This document shows positions 1 through 12,495 of a stretch of DNA of 64,000 bases, piece after piece. Below the pieces are notes generated by a model. It was not told where the DNA came from and searched no databases. It saw nothing but the letters and a program-made list of their open reading frames with translations. Position 1 is the first letter of the stretch; each line of letters opens with the position of its first letter. Source of the DNA: Negaprion brevirostris (Eukaryota); the NCBI GenBank assembly GCA_030324005.1, contig JARDVH010000073.1, forward strand, positions 101,076,578 through 101,140,577. The letters run 5' to 3'. The position numbers and the translations under genes were made by a program.

Positions 1-236
1 CACTGTCTGTGTGGAGTTTGCACATTCTCCCTGTGTCTGCATGAGTTTCCTCCAGCTGCTCTGGTTTCCTCCCACTGTCCAAAGATGTGCAGGTTAGCTT
101 GATCGGCCATGCTAAATTGACAGGGGGATTAGCAGGGTAAATAAGTGGGGTTACGGGAATAGGGCCTGGATGGGACTGTGGTCAGTGCAGACTTGATGGG
201 CCAAATAGCCTTCTTCTGCACAGAAGGGATTCTATG
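1..236 (+). mobile_element. HE1-type V-SINE (5' end cut by window edge), CR1/HER1-type tail
   Basis: V-domain 'cactgtctgtgtggagtttgcacattctccctgtgtctgc...tttcctcccactgtccaaagatgtgcaggttag' and tail 'ggccaaatagccttcttctgcacag..gattctatg'. Confidence 0.9.
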
Positions 237-2640
237 CTGTCAACTTTGGGGCAGATGGTATTTGAAGAAAATCATATTTAGATACAATTTAATGCTAACT
301 ATAACAGTATTTAAGAGATGCAGAAAACGTGACACTGAACATCGCAGACTCTGGCCCATCCTAAATCAGTCCTACTGCCAGTAATGGAACATGCTGGTAA
401 GTTCACAGTACGAACAACCTTCCACAGTAGCCCATGAGTGTACCACAATGGTGAAAATTGAGGTGAAAGGGATTTTGAGAAAGAGCACTCCAGAAAGACG
501 AACATTTCCCAGAGTTTAATTTGATGAGATAATCAGCAGCAGCTGTAACATACATCACATTTAATTGTAATAAAATCCACTCTGTGGTCAGGAACTTTAA
601 CTCCCAAATCAAATGTAAGCAGTTAAAATGGAGCAGATGAAATAGCCATGACTTTATTCTCACTGAGATATAATTTTAAAATGGCTGGTGCTTTCATGCC
701 CATTCAGATTCAGAGGGGAGCCTCACACATTTACACAAATCTACATCAAGTTGGTATCAATACAACTCTGCGTTACATCCTGACAGCTGACACTGAAAAC
801 ACCTTTTTCTTGATAAACGTTAAATTTTCCTATGTTGGACCAGACTTCCAAGCTGCACTAGGAAAGCAATGGTCATCTTGTATTTCCCTTACTTGGCAGC
901 GGGCAGCTTAGAACCACGTAGCTCAAACTGTCAGTAACATAGCATGACCTCCCACTGCCACATGCCAATGGGTGCTGCCTGCTCTTCCCCATCTGGGAGT
1001 TCAATTTTTCACCTATGCAACAATTCTAACTGTGGTGCATCCACACTCCAAAGCTGGGCAAATGTGCAGAGTCGCAACAGCTGTGTACTTTTACTAAATC
1101 TGGGAGTGCACATCTGAATCCATGGACCGGTCTGGCTCCAAAAAAAGCAAGACTACACCATCATGGCAGTCTCACTTCTGAAGGCCACCAGAATCACTTA
1201 CACTTCAACAGGAACAGCAGTGTTTTCTATACTACAGTTACACTATGTATCCTTTCTATGACTGCAGTTAAAACCCAGCCTGAAGATAACTGTCCTCATA
1301 AGACCGTGGTCCAATTGTTGTTGCTTACTGCCGCTGTAACAGTGAATTACTCTATAGCAGGCAATTCTTTGTGAGATGACAGTTTGTTCCTGTGCACACC
1401 TCAAAATAGTGCAACGGTTCAAAGCCAGCCAAACTGTTCAAGTTGTAGAATCATAGAATCCTACAGTGCAGAAGGAGGCCATTCGACCCATTGAGTCTGC
1501 ACTGANNNNNNNNNNNNNNNNNNNNNNNNNNNNNNNNNNNNNNNNNNNNNNNNNNNNNNNNNNNNNNNNNNNNNNNNNNNNNNNNNNNNNNNNNNNNNNN
1601 NNNNNNNNNNNNNNNNNNNNNNNNNNNNNNNNNNNNNNNNNNNNNNNNNNNNNNNNNNNNNNNNNNNNNNNNNNNNNNNNNNNNNNNNNNNNNNNNNNNN
1701 NNNNNNNNNNNNNNNNNNNNNNNNNNNNNNNNNNNNNNNNNNNNNNNNNNNNNNNNNNNNNNNNNNNNNNNNNNNNNNNNNNNNNNNNNNAGGACTAAAT
1801 GTTAAGCAAGCATTTAAAGCTTATTATTTATCAAAATTGATACACTCAATAAAGACCTTCATTTCTGGACTTTGCAATCTCATTCCTCTGTGTTTCCTGA
1901 TAGGCTCACATGAAAACTGCTGCTGCAGGATATGTCTCAGCGAATCACTGCTAATTAATATGGACAGATTAAGAGTTAAGTTTAACTTATCTGCACTGAG
2001 TATCAAGGTCTAGTGCTGAAATTCAAGTTGTTCACAATATGGAAACTGTGCTGTAGCTTGTGACATTTCCAAACGGGTCCACTACAGTTGAAAATGAACT
2101 TCACTCAAAGGTCAAAGCAAGGATCTGACAGAAAGGCCTGGAGCCCTGAGTGACAACGGCATGAGGTGGAAAAAAAGCACATCAGAAGATGAATGGTCTG
2201 ATATGTGTCAGGAGTTGTGCCAGATTACAATCTTGGGGTGCTGAGTCCACCATAGGCAATGAGGACAATTCATAACATAATTTAAACCCACTACAGCTGT
2301 GTTGTAGCACTGAAATAAACTCCCTGACCCTGAAACTGCACCGCAAACAATGCATTTGTCTCTAATTCCATTTGTTGCTATTTCAATGAATGAGTTAATC
2401 CGGTAGTTATACTAAAATAATGGCTGACATTCCACCGATCTTCCACCTGTAAGGGGCATTGAGTGGATAGCGTTTTGTCGCCCACTGAACAAACTCGACT
2501 CAACTATTCTAACAGTACTGAAACGTACCCTATTGACCAAATACAAGTAAATAGTCAGTGGATTTAAAACTAAAATATTACTTAAAATAGCTACAATAAG
2601 AGTCTTGTGGTTCAAACTCAAATTGATAGCAACAGGTCAC

Positions 2641-2860
2641 AACATTAACATAGAACATAGAAAACCTACAGCACAAACAGGCCCTTCGGCCCACAGGTTG
2701 CACCGATGATGTCCATACCTACTCAGCTTACCTATAACCCTCAATTCTATTACGTACTCATCCAGAAGTCTCTTGAAAGACCCTACTGAATTTGCCTCCA
2801 CCACCACCAATGGCAGCCGATTCCACTCACCCACCACTCTCTGAGTGAAAAACTTACCCT
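2641..2860 (-). mobile_element. CR1/HER1 LINE 3' end
   Basis: Minus frame reads 'VVGEWNRLP..VVEANSVGSFKRLLDEY' (CR1 ORF2 C-terminus), followed by a (ttctatg)n tail. Confidence 0.85.
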
Positions 2861-2959
2861 GTCAATCATTTGACTGCAGCAGGATCAAGTGTGAGCATGT
2901 CTCTTCTGGGTTCCAACAAGAAGAGCCCCTCAAGATTCAAACATTCAGGTATAAAAGAT

Positions 2960-3300
2960 TGGTATCAAAATCTGCTGCAGCACTAAAATAATGACAAACA
3001 AAACATGATGCCGGGCCAAAGGTAGAGATGTTAGGACAGATAATCAAATGGTTGGCCAAAGAGGTAAGTTTTATGCTGCATCTTTATTTTAAGCTTGAAA
3101 GAGAAGTAGAGAATTGGAGAGTTTAAGGAGAGATTTCAGAGCTTGAAGGCATGGCTAATGGTGGATTGATTATAGACAGGAATGTGCTAAAGATCAGAAC
3201 TGGAACAGCACCAAGATCTCCAAGGCCTATGGACTTACTGAGATAAGTTGGAGCGAGGCCATAAAAAGATTTGAAAACGTGAATGAGATTTTCAAATTTG
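2960..3300 (-). mobile_element. L2 LINE 3' fragment
   Basis: 'ggttggccaaagaggtaagtttt...gagaagtagagaattggagagtttaaggagagatttcagagctt', the typical shark L2 3' region in reverse. Confidence 0.7.
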
Positions 3301-3399
3301 TAATTTTAAAACCACACTGGATGACGTTTAATAACAAATGAAAAAAAATCAGATTATGATACCTCAGCCCAATCAGTCAAAGAGACGGAATTAACAAAT

Positions 3400-3915
3400 A
3401 CTTCCTGAACAGCACTGTGGGTATAACTGTATCTACATCATATGGACAGTTGCAGTTCAAGAAGGTAGCTCACCACCATCTTCTCAAGGGCAGTGAGTGA
3501 TTGGCAGGGCCAGCAACGCTCAGATCTCATGCATGGTTACAAAAAAAGAATCCAGGTCAATGGTCAATTGCAATGCTGCATTTCTGAAGACAAAAAATGT
3601 TCTGTGGTTTATATTTGTTCTACTAATTCACAGGATGTGGGCATCACTGGTACGGTCAGTATTTATTACCCATTCCTAATCATCTTTGAACAGATGGCGG
3701 CAAGTTGTCTCCTTAAGCCACGGCAGCCCGCCCTGTGTAGTACGCCCATACTACTGCCATGGATTTTGCAAGAACTGATCTCAAAGTCAGGATGATGCAT
3801 GACTTTTTTTGGGGGGGTGGGGAGGTGCATTTGCAGGTGGTAGTGGCCTTCCCCTGTTCCTGATGCCCACGTTCTTCTGGATGGTACAGACCACAGGTTG
3901 CTGTCAGTGAAGCCC
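3400..3915. mobile_element. Two oppositely oriented CR1-family 3' tails
   Basis: 'ttcaagaaggtagctcaccaccatcttctcaagggca' on +, then 'ggatgtgggcatcactgg...atttattacccattcctaat' on -. Confidence 0.7.
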
Positions 3916-4586
3916 TGGTCAATTTTATAACAGAACAACTGTTATATAAAATTATCTTTACAGAAACATATACATTGAAGCCACATATTTTAGCTACCAT
4001 GAAGCTGAAATCCCTCTGCTAATCCTATCCAAAAACAAAATAGCTGTGGCTGTCTCGTGGTGTTCTTCTATAATTAGCAAACACAGGAATTTTAACCTCT
4101 CATTTTATTTACTAAGCTAAAATCTATATTCAACATCATGCACTCACTGGTGGACAATCTGTAATATTTGGTCACACAAAGCAGGCATTCCCAAACCTTC
4201 AATCTTAAAATCCACACTCCTATTAATTTGTCTGAACGTCAAATTATTGATACTAACAGGTCTCGATGTTTTGATCTAGGGTTGATGCGCCATGAACCAA
4301 CACTGCTGAGAACAGCCTATATCAAACGCACCCAGTTCACAAGATTCAAAACCAGCAAAAAAGGATTGAATTGTCTGATGTTAGAGGGCTGGATTGAGTT
4401 GAATGGGTTCTGAAAGCTGGATTCCTGAGCTGGAGTCCACATCAGTTTGCACTGCCCCCATTTAAGGAATATTAGAAATGTGTGAAATTAAACGACACAC
4501 AGACACAAGTGTTACTTAGATTGGAACCTCTGGGTTTTACAAGCACTACTTTCTCTTTCAATTCTTACAGCAGTTCCTTAACATGT

Positions 4587-5032
4587 CAGCTATGGCTCAG
4601 TCACACCTCGAGTCAGAAGGTCCTAGGTTCGGGCTGTTCTTGAGGCTTGGGCACAAAATGTGGGCCAACAATTCCATTGCCAAAGGACTGTACTAAAGGA
4701 GTGCTGCACTGGCAGAAGTGGAGTCTCTCAGATCAGACATTAAACTGAGGCCTCGTCTGCAGTCTTCAAGTGGGTGCGAAAGATTTAATTTTGAAGACGA
4801 GCAGTGGAACGTCCCAAGTGTCCCGCCCAATGTATGTCTGCCATGAAATATTACTAAAAGAACAGATTATCTGGTCACTATCACATTGTTGTTGATGAGA
4901 GTTTGCTGTGTGCAAATTGGCTACCAGATTTCCCTACACTACAACAGTGACACACTTCAAAAATGTATTTTAGTGGCACTTTGAGACATCCTGAGGTCAT
5001 GAAAGGCTAAACAGAAATGCATATTCTTTTTT
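4587..5032 (+). mobile_element. DeuSINE (SacSINE1/AmnSINE1-like), near full length
   Basis: tRNA-like head 'gctatggctcag..gagtcagaagg..ggttc', Deu domain 'ggagtgctgcact..tcagatcagacattaaactgaggcc..cagattatctggtc..gctgtgtgcaaattggct', L2-type tail 'gagacatcctgaggtcatgaaagg..aaatgca'. Confidence 0.8.
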
Positions 5033-5689
5033 TAAATGGCTTCTATGACCTGGAAGATTTATTTTGATCAACATGTCCTACCGAGTTACATGGCTCATAG
5101 TGATAACAATTATTCTACCTTGCAGTAACTTGCACTGAATTAACATTGGTGCTGAACGATGGAATACGAAACAGATTAATGTTTTTATTTATTAATTTAA
5201 CAAACAACTTAAATTAGAAATTATTAAAACTTTTGAAGCTTAACCAAAACAGCAAATTGGAACTGTGAAACATTCAAGAATTCCGTCAACTTTGCTTGGG
5301 AATGGTTCAAGCCCTGCTGCTGCAGTGAGTACACAGTCCAGCCTAATACTTTGGTGTAGTACTGAGGGAATGCTACATTCTCTTGGGGGCAATCTTCCAC
5401 ATGGTACATGAAATTAAAGCCCCAGCTGCGTATTCAAGTGGTACCACTCAAAGAACAGCAATGGAATTGTGCTTATGGTGATCCCTCAGCTAACACCATT
5501 GGAAGCTAGTTAACAGATCTAATTGATCTGTCTAGCAGTGACTGCGTCACTAAAGAAATTGAGGGGTTCAAGAACCAGTATGGAATGTCCTGAGAATGAG
5601 AAAAATTCGGTATAAATGCAGGTTCTTTCTTTAAACATCTTGACAACACTCTATAAGGGGTATCATCGCTTTTCAATAACATTTGTGAT

Positions 5690-5836
5690 TTGAAAGATGT
5701 GCTGGTTGGGTGCATTGGCAATGCTAAGTTTTCCTTTAGTGTACCCGAACAGGTGCCAGAGTGCAGCAACTAGGAGATTTTCAAAGTAACTTCACTGCAG
5801 TGTTAATGTAAGTCTACTTGTGACACTAATAATAAA
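5690..5836 (+). mobile_element. HE1-like SINE 3' half with alternative tail
   Basis: 'gaaagatgtgctggttgggtgcattggc..gtacccgaacagg..cagtgttaatgtaagtctacttgtgacactaataataaa'. Confidence 0.8.
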
Positions 5837-6084
5837 CAAAATTACTTCAGAAACAGGAGTACCTAGTTGGAAGTATTCTCCCTAGCTTTGCCTTCTTGTA
5901 GCCTTCGTGAACCATGTAATTTAAAACAGGATGCTGAGGACTCCTGCTTCTATATTAGTTTCCCTTCTCTCATTTTGATTTTTTGATTCAACTGAAAAAT
6001 TGCAATAAAACACTTGTGCACCTACCCTTTAAAATTTCTCACATTTCACAATTTATGGATCCATTTGAAGTTGCGTTTCAAATT

Positions 6085-6790
6085 ATTGAATCCTGCAGCA
6101 CAGGAGACCATTCAGCCCATCAGGTAAGGTTCATGAAAGAGTTGTCCAATTTAATCTCATACTGCAGCTTTTGCCCAAATCCCTGAAAACTTGATCTCTT
6201 CTAAGTACCAATTTATTCAATTTCCTTTTAAAAGTTCCTTAGAAACAGCTTCTGCTAGCTGCTCAGATATTACATTCCAGACTTTAACAATCATCTGTGC
6301 GTAAAATATTTACCCTCGTCTCTCTTCCAGCTCTTTTGTCAATTACTGTACATCCATGACTTCTGCTTATTGACTGACTTGCTGGAGGAAAATGTTTCTC
6401 CCCATTCACTTTATTCAAATCCCTCATAACACTGAGTTTCTTTATTTGGTTTCCCCTTAATCTTCCTCTGCTCTCAGGAGAACAATTCCAGATCCTGTAA
6501 TCTCACCACATAACCAAATTCTCTTCTTCCTGACATCATCCTAGTAAAACTCCTCCATGGCCTTGACATCCTTCAGAATTGTACCTCCAGCTGAGGCCTA
6601 CCCAGTGATTTAAAAAAATTAGCTTAACTTAATTCATTGCCCTTATTTGCAAAGCCAAGTATCCTAAATGCCTTCCTAAGTGCCTAACCAACTTGCTCTG
6701 TAGCTGCAAGGATTTGTGAATATGAACCCCTTGTTCCCTCTTGCATTTCCCCTCAAAATATTATCATTTAGTTTCACTATTTTATTCTCC
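6085..6790 (-). mobile_element. Degenerate CR1 LINE RT/3' fragment
   Basis: Reverse CR1 motifs 'ggagaccattcagcccatc', 'ttccagactttaacaatcatctgtg', 'ctccagctgaggcctacccagtg'. Confidence 0.65.
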
Positions 6791-7044
6791 CAGAAGTAGA
6801 GCAAAGATACAATAAGAAACAGGAAACCACACTAAACAATAATTTTCCTTTCATAGCTTGACTGTAAACGTACCATATCTAAGTTGATAATTATCTGCAT
6901 CCCAACATTAAAACACCATACTGTCTGCAGAGGTTAAAACTGTTGCATATCTTCAGACAAATTTATTAGGTACATGTCATAAGAAATTCCCAAACCACCT
7001 GATTATTGAAATGACTTAATTTGAACTTCAGACTGAATGTTATT

Positions 7045-7720
7045 TATAGAATCTTATGATGGTTACAGCACAGAAGGAGGCCATTTGGTTCAACATGTCC
7101 GTGCCAGCTAGCAACTCAGCTCAACTCACTCCTGGGCCTTTACCCATAACTCTGTAAATCTTTTCTCTTTAGATAAATATCCAATTCCACTACATTCTCA
7201 GGCAGTGCATTCCAGATCCTGAACACTCTGCATTATAATATTTTTCCTCATGTTGCCTCTGGCTCCTTTGCCAACCATGTTAAATTGGTGTCCTTTGGTT
7301 CTCTACCATTCCACCAAAGGGAACAGTTTCTCCCAATCTNNNNNNNNNNNNNNNNNNNNNNNNNNNNNNNNNNNNNNNNNNNNNNNNNNNNNNNNNNNNN
7401 NNNNNNNNNNNNNNNNNNNNNNNNNNNNNNNNNNNNNNNAGTAATAATTTTACCTCATAAAATTAAATATCATTATAAAATAATACAAGAATTAGTCCTA
7501 TTGCCAGTGACAGAGAGAAAAATGGGGATATTGATGTAGAGTGGGAGGCAAACAATAATGTAAAACATAGGAAAAAACAGGAAAACAGAGTGAAATAGAA
7601 CTGAAGTCCCTCATCCCCACAGCCATTCTTTTCATTTTTTTCTGCACCCTTTCTATTGTCATCCATGAAGTGGGGTGCCCAGAATTGGACACAATCCTCC
7701 AACTGAGGCTGACTCAATAT
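7045..7720 (-). mobile_element. CR1 LINE 3' fragments spanning a gap
   Basis: Tail 'acagcacagaaggaggccatttgg' and minus-frame 'PQLEDCVQFWAPHF' (CR1 RT C-terminal motif). Confidence 0.75.
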
Positions 7721-7844
7721 TTACAACTCTCAGATTCAAAGCCACTGTCTAAGCTCTGAACTGAAAGCAAGATGAGTAAACCCACTTACTTTGATGGGGA
7801 TGTGTTTTATATTAAAGTGTTTCACTGAGCATTTAAAATATTAA

Positions 7845-8090
7845 AGCAAACTCCATTGTGAGAGTTTTCAGTTGCCTTGGCTCTAAGTTCTAGAATTCTT
7901 TCCCTAAACTTATCTGCCCTCCTCTCTGCTTCACCTCCTTTAATACCCTATTTAAAATTATTTGTCCCAGCTTTTGGTCATCTGTCTTATGTTGCTCAAT
8001 GTCAAACTTTCTTTGGTAATGCTCCTATGCAATGCTTTGAGGCATTTTAGTACATTAAAGGTGCTATTTGAATGAAATCTGTTGTAATAA
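7845..8090 (+). mobile_element. L2 3' end
   Basis: 'ctctaagttctagaattctttccctaaac..cagcttttggtcatctgtc..tacattaaaggtgctat'. Confidence 0.75.
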
Positions 8091-8550
8091 TGTCTGTAAT
8101 TTTAAACAGTCAAAATTACAGACATTAATTTTTGCCTGGAAGTCAATCTAGTGTGACCACGTCAGTATAGTAAAAAGTACAGATACTGAGTTTTGGGTTT
8201 ATAATCCAATGCTTCTCAGTGAAGCAGCCCAAGAGTGAAGTTTGTACCACAGGCTTGGCTATCCCCCAGCACAAAGAAAGCAACAGACCCACAATTCCCC
8301 AAATCATCTCCCAATGAGAAAAATGAAGCAAAATTGAAGACAGAAAGAGGCACCAATCTGAACAGCAGAAGACAAAATGCAAAAGGGAGAATCAAAGCAC
8401 TGTCAGACATTCCAGGAGATCATGCATTTGTTGAAGTTAAAATAATAAACCATTCATCCTGACAGCCCCAGGGAGAGGCCGCCTAACAGCTAGGTGAGGG
8501 TTGTGATGGTGGTATGGTGTGATTGGGGTGGGGGGCAGAGGAAGGTGGTT

Positions 8551-8568
8551 GAGAGAGAGAGAGAGAGA
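8551..8568. repeat. (GA)n microsatellite
   Basis: gagagagagagagagaga. Confidence 0.9.
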
Positions 8569-8609
8569 AACAGTTTAACAATGGAACACTTTACACAATT
8601 ATAGATGTT

Positions 8610-9420
8610 ATTACAACAAATTTCATTCATATAGCACCTTTAATGTACTGAAATGTCTCAAGGCACTGCATAGGAGCATTGCCAAAGGAAGTTTAGACAG
8701 ATGACCAAAAGCTGGATCAAACAACTTTAAATAGGGTATTAAAGGAGGTGAGGCAGAGAGGCGAGCAGATAAATTTAGGGAAAGGATTCCAGAACTTAGA
8801 GCCGAGGACACTGAAAACACTGTCACTAACAGTGCACCTATAAAAATCAGGGATGTGCAAGAGGTGAAAATTGGACAGGGTGATGAGACCATGGAGGGTT
8901 TTATAACTGGAGGGATAATTAGGGTTGAAGGAAGTGATCCATGGAGGGATCAGAAACAAAGGATAGGAATTTAAAATTAAGGCACTGGTAGAAGAATTGC
9001 TAATGACATTTGGTGAGCATAAGGGAGATACGTAAACATAAGAATATAAGAAATAGGAGCAGGAGTAGGCCATCTAGCCCTTCGAGCCTGCCCCGCCATT
9101 CAATAAGGTCATGGCTGATCTGNNNNNNNNNNNNNNNNNNNNNNNNNNNNNNNNNNNNNNNNNNNNNNNNNNNNNNNNNNNNNNNNNNNNNNNNNNNNNN
9201 NNNNNNNNNNNNNNNNNNNNNNAACCAATCCTCTATCCACGCTAACACCCTACCCCCAACTCCATGCCCCCTTACCTTCTGCAATAACCTCTTGTGAGGC
9301 ACCTTGTCAAACACCTTGCTAAACAGGAGTAAGTTTACGGGTAGCAGATATTTAGATGAACTTCAGTTTACATAAGGCCAAAAATCAGAGGCTGATCATC
9401 AGAGCATTGAATAGACCCTC
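8610..9420 (-). mobile_element. L2 3' fragment interrupted by a younger CR1 (about 9035-9315, -)
   Basis: L2 tail 'catatagcacctttaatgta..' in reverse. The CR1 insert translates 'FDKVPHKRLLQKVRGHGVGGRVLAWIEDW' and has the tail 'aggagcaggagtaggccat'. Confidence 0.8.
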
Positions 9421-10289
9421 CAGGTCTTACTCTAAAGCTCCCCACAATTTGAAAAAACAGCAAATAGAAAGCATTAGTTCTTCTTTGGCGCAAAGTTGAG
9501 AGCCACACTTTCTCTCCACTACACTAGCTTCTGTTCCTTGAGCAAATCTAATTAAAATAATCTTATTCCTAGCCATGTATCGCTTTACTTTCATTAGCTG
9601 TAATGTTACAACATTCAAACAGAGCCTAGGAGAGGCGGGACTTCTGGACCTCATGTTTAATGTTCTAGGAATACAAACAAAAGCAGTATCAATTTTCACA
9701 GGGGAATTTTACAGGAAGAGTGTAGGCAGGATGAGGTGAGGAAATAACACATTCAAGGTACTGTGAATATGCAAATGAGGAATTTCTTCTCAATAGTCTT
9801 CAGGATCTCTGCAAATCACAGTTCCCATCAGCTAGTGGTACAAAGCGGAGGGGGGTACATTTAAGATTTTGGGCAAGAAGTACAGGAAGGATTTTTTTTA
9901 ACTGAATGGTAATGATCTGGAACTCGCTGCCGACAAGGATACTCGAAGTAGAAACGATCAATGACATCAAAAGGAAATTAACAAGCCCTCGAGTAGGGCT
10001 ATGGAGATCAGGTTGGAAAATGGAATTGAGTGCACTGCTCTGTACAGAGCCAGTTTAGCAGGTCAAATATGGCAATTTCTGACACTAAAAGCGCCCCAGT
10101 TCAAGAACTGCAAGTTTAAAGTATTGTTAGCAAACTCAAAGTCCACAGTGGCTGTTAGCCAGAGGTTACTAAACCCAGGAATACAACAGTGGCACTAAAG
10201 TTGCTTTTTTGGCATTGGTCCTCCAAGTCAGAAGTTTGTGGGTTCAAACTCCAGCCCAGAGATTGGGCATGTAGTGTTTTGCTTAAATG

Positions 10290-10620
10290 ACAATCAGTCA
10301 TTATAATGTTTTTGCAACTGGCCAAGTGGTCTAGAGTTGCAGGTGATGGTATGTTACGGTTCACTCAGGGAGTCCGAGCTGATGTGGCAATATGCACTCT
10401 CACATGCGTGTTGCAGTCTGGAGTTATGGATAGTGGCTGACCAGCAGTCTCTCCTGCTCTTACTGACTGCCACAGACATGCTGGAAGGATTTGCAAGTTG
10501 ACATTCAACCTGTTTGGCTGGTTATGAATGCACCTTCCTTGGCCATCAAGTCCTGTGGTGAGACTCAAACTGAGCATTTCCAGCTCAGAGGCAGTGATGC
10601 TACTCACTGTGCTTCAGAAC
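10290..10620 (-). mobile_element. tRNA-headed SINE of a separate family
   Basis: Minus strand begins 'ggttctgaagcacagtgagtagcatcactgcctctgagctggaaatgctcagtttgagtctc' (A/B-box-like). Flanked by DeuSINE fragments. Confidence 0.5.
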
Positions 10621-11224
10621 CTTCTGGAAAGGCATGATCTCCAGGTAACCTCACGTTCAGTGTCCAGTGGTAACACTTCAGAAGTACTTAATTGGCTGCA
10701 AAGTGTTTTGAGATGCCCGATGATGATGAAGAATGCTTTATGATGAATGTTTTTCTTTGTTTTCTGTTCTGGGGTGTGGGGGAGGGGTGGAATGTGGTGT
10801 TCAATGTCTACCCTCTCAATGGGCATACAATATCCCAGGGTACACATGTAAGGGACATTTAATCCTCAATCAACACTGCCAAAAGAAGATTATCAGGTAA
10901 TTTATCTCAGTGCGGTTTGTAGGAGTTGACAGTGCACAAATTGGCTCTGAGGTCTGCTCACAAAACACGTTCATCAGACTTCATCAGCTGTAAAGTTCCT
11001 AGGGAAGCCCTGAGGCTGTGAGAGACACAACGTAAAATGTAAGTTTATTCTTTCATTTTTGGCATTAGTGTCCTGTTCAAATGACACAAAAGTCAGCAAC
11101 AGCCCCCCAAAAATCTGTCAGGTTTGCTCGGGATATTTGCTGGGAATATCCAGTTAAAATTTTAAAAAATCTGCCAAGTAACTGGGCTGAGTGAATCCAA
11201 CTCTGGGACTTCGTGTACAAGGCG

Positions 11225-11264
11225 ACACACACACACACACACACGCACACGCACACACGCACAC
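11225..11264. repeat. (CA)n/(CACG) microsatellite
   Basis: acacacac...gcacacgcacac. Confidence 0.9.
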
Positions 11265-11309
11265 TCAGCAAAGTTAACGTCAATGGGAATTGGGAGGGAA
11301 AATCCTCCA

Positions 11310-12495
11310 TGGTTGGAGTCATAACTAGTGAGTACAAAAGAACTTGGTTGTGGTTGTTGGAGATTAAGCACCTCAGTCAGGGAACATCACTGCAGGAGTT
11401 CCTCAAGATAGTGTCCTAGGCCCAGCCATCTTCAGCTGTTTCATAAATGACGTTTCCCCCACCATAAAGGTCAGAAATGGGAATGTTTGCTGATGATTAC
11501 ACAAAGTTCAGCCCACTCGCCACTCCTCAGACACTAAAGCAGTCCATGTCCATACGCAGATAGGCCTGGACAACATTCAAACTTGGACTGATAAGTGGCA
11601 AGAAACATTTGTGCTACACAAGTGCCAAGCCATGACCATATCCAACAAGAATATAACCATCTCCCTTAACATCAATAGCATTAGCATTGCTGGATCCCCC
11701 ACATCAACATCCTGGGGCTTACCACTGACTAGAACCTGAACCAAAACAATCTATAAATATTGTGACCACAACAGCAGGTCAGAAGCTAAGAATTCTGTGC
11801 CATGTAACTCACCTCCTGATTTCCCATAGCCCGCCCACAAGGTACAAGTCAATGTGATGGAATATTCACCACTTGTCTCGATAGTTATTATTTGATTTAT
11901 TATTGTCACATATTGTATACAGTGAAAAGTATTGTTTCTTGCATGCTATACAGACAAAGCATACTGTACATAGAGAAGGAAAGGAGAGGTGCAGAATGTA
12001 GTGTTACAGTCACAGCTAGTGCAGCTCTATTCACATTCAAGAAGCTTGACACCATCAAGGAGGAAACAGCCCACTTGCGTTAGCACCCCATCCATAAACA
12101 TTCACTCCTTCCACCACCAGTGCACTGTGGCAGCAGTGTGTACCACCTACAAGGTGCACTGTAGTATCACATCAAGGATCCTCCAATGATTGCTAGACGT
12201 GCAAATTCTACCATCTAGAAAGACAGGGCAGCAGACACATGGGAGCATCACCACCTGCAAATTTCTCCCCAATGTTACATGCCACCCTGACTTGGAAATA
12301 TATCACCGTTCCTTCATTATCACTAGGTCAAATCTTGGAACTCCCTTCCTAACAGCATTGAGGGTGTACCTACATCACATGGGCTGAAGCGTTTCAAGAA
12401 GCAGCTCACCCATCATCTTCACAAGGACAATAGGAATGACAATAAATGCTGGTCTACCCAGTGAAGCCTTTGTTTCATTGAATTAATTTTAAAAA
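11310..12495 (+). mobile_element. CR1-family LINE 3' part (RT + tail) with a Rex1-like 3' end inserted at about 11885-12015 (-)
   Basis: 'gttcctcaagatagtgtcctaggccc..tttgctgatgat' (VPQGSVLGP..FADD motifs) and tail 'caataaatgctggtc'. Insert reads 'gatttattattgtcacat..gaaaagtattgtttcttgc'. Confidence 0.8.

Noticed and set aside
1824-2006. Minus ORF ending ..KVFIE.., superficially like the end of the first PRL coding exon
   Set aside because: Lacks NRPAPVE/RFLITHNPTN and has no GT donor at the expected position.
8143-8382. Signal-peptide-like ORF (MIWGIVGLLLSLCWGIAKP) after a minus-strand acceptor-like site
   Set aside because: No convincing donor, no recognisable homology; T-rich sequence gives hydrophobic translations by chance.
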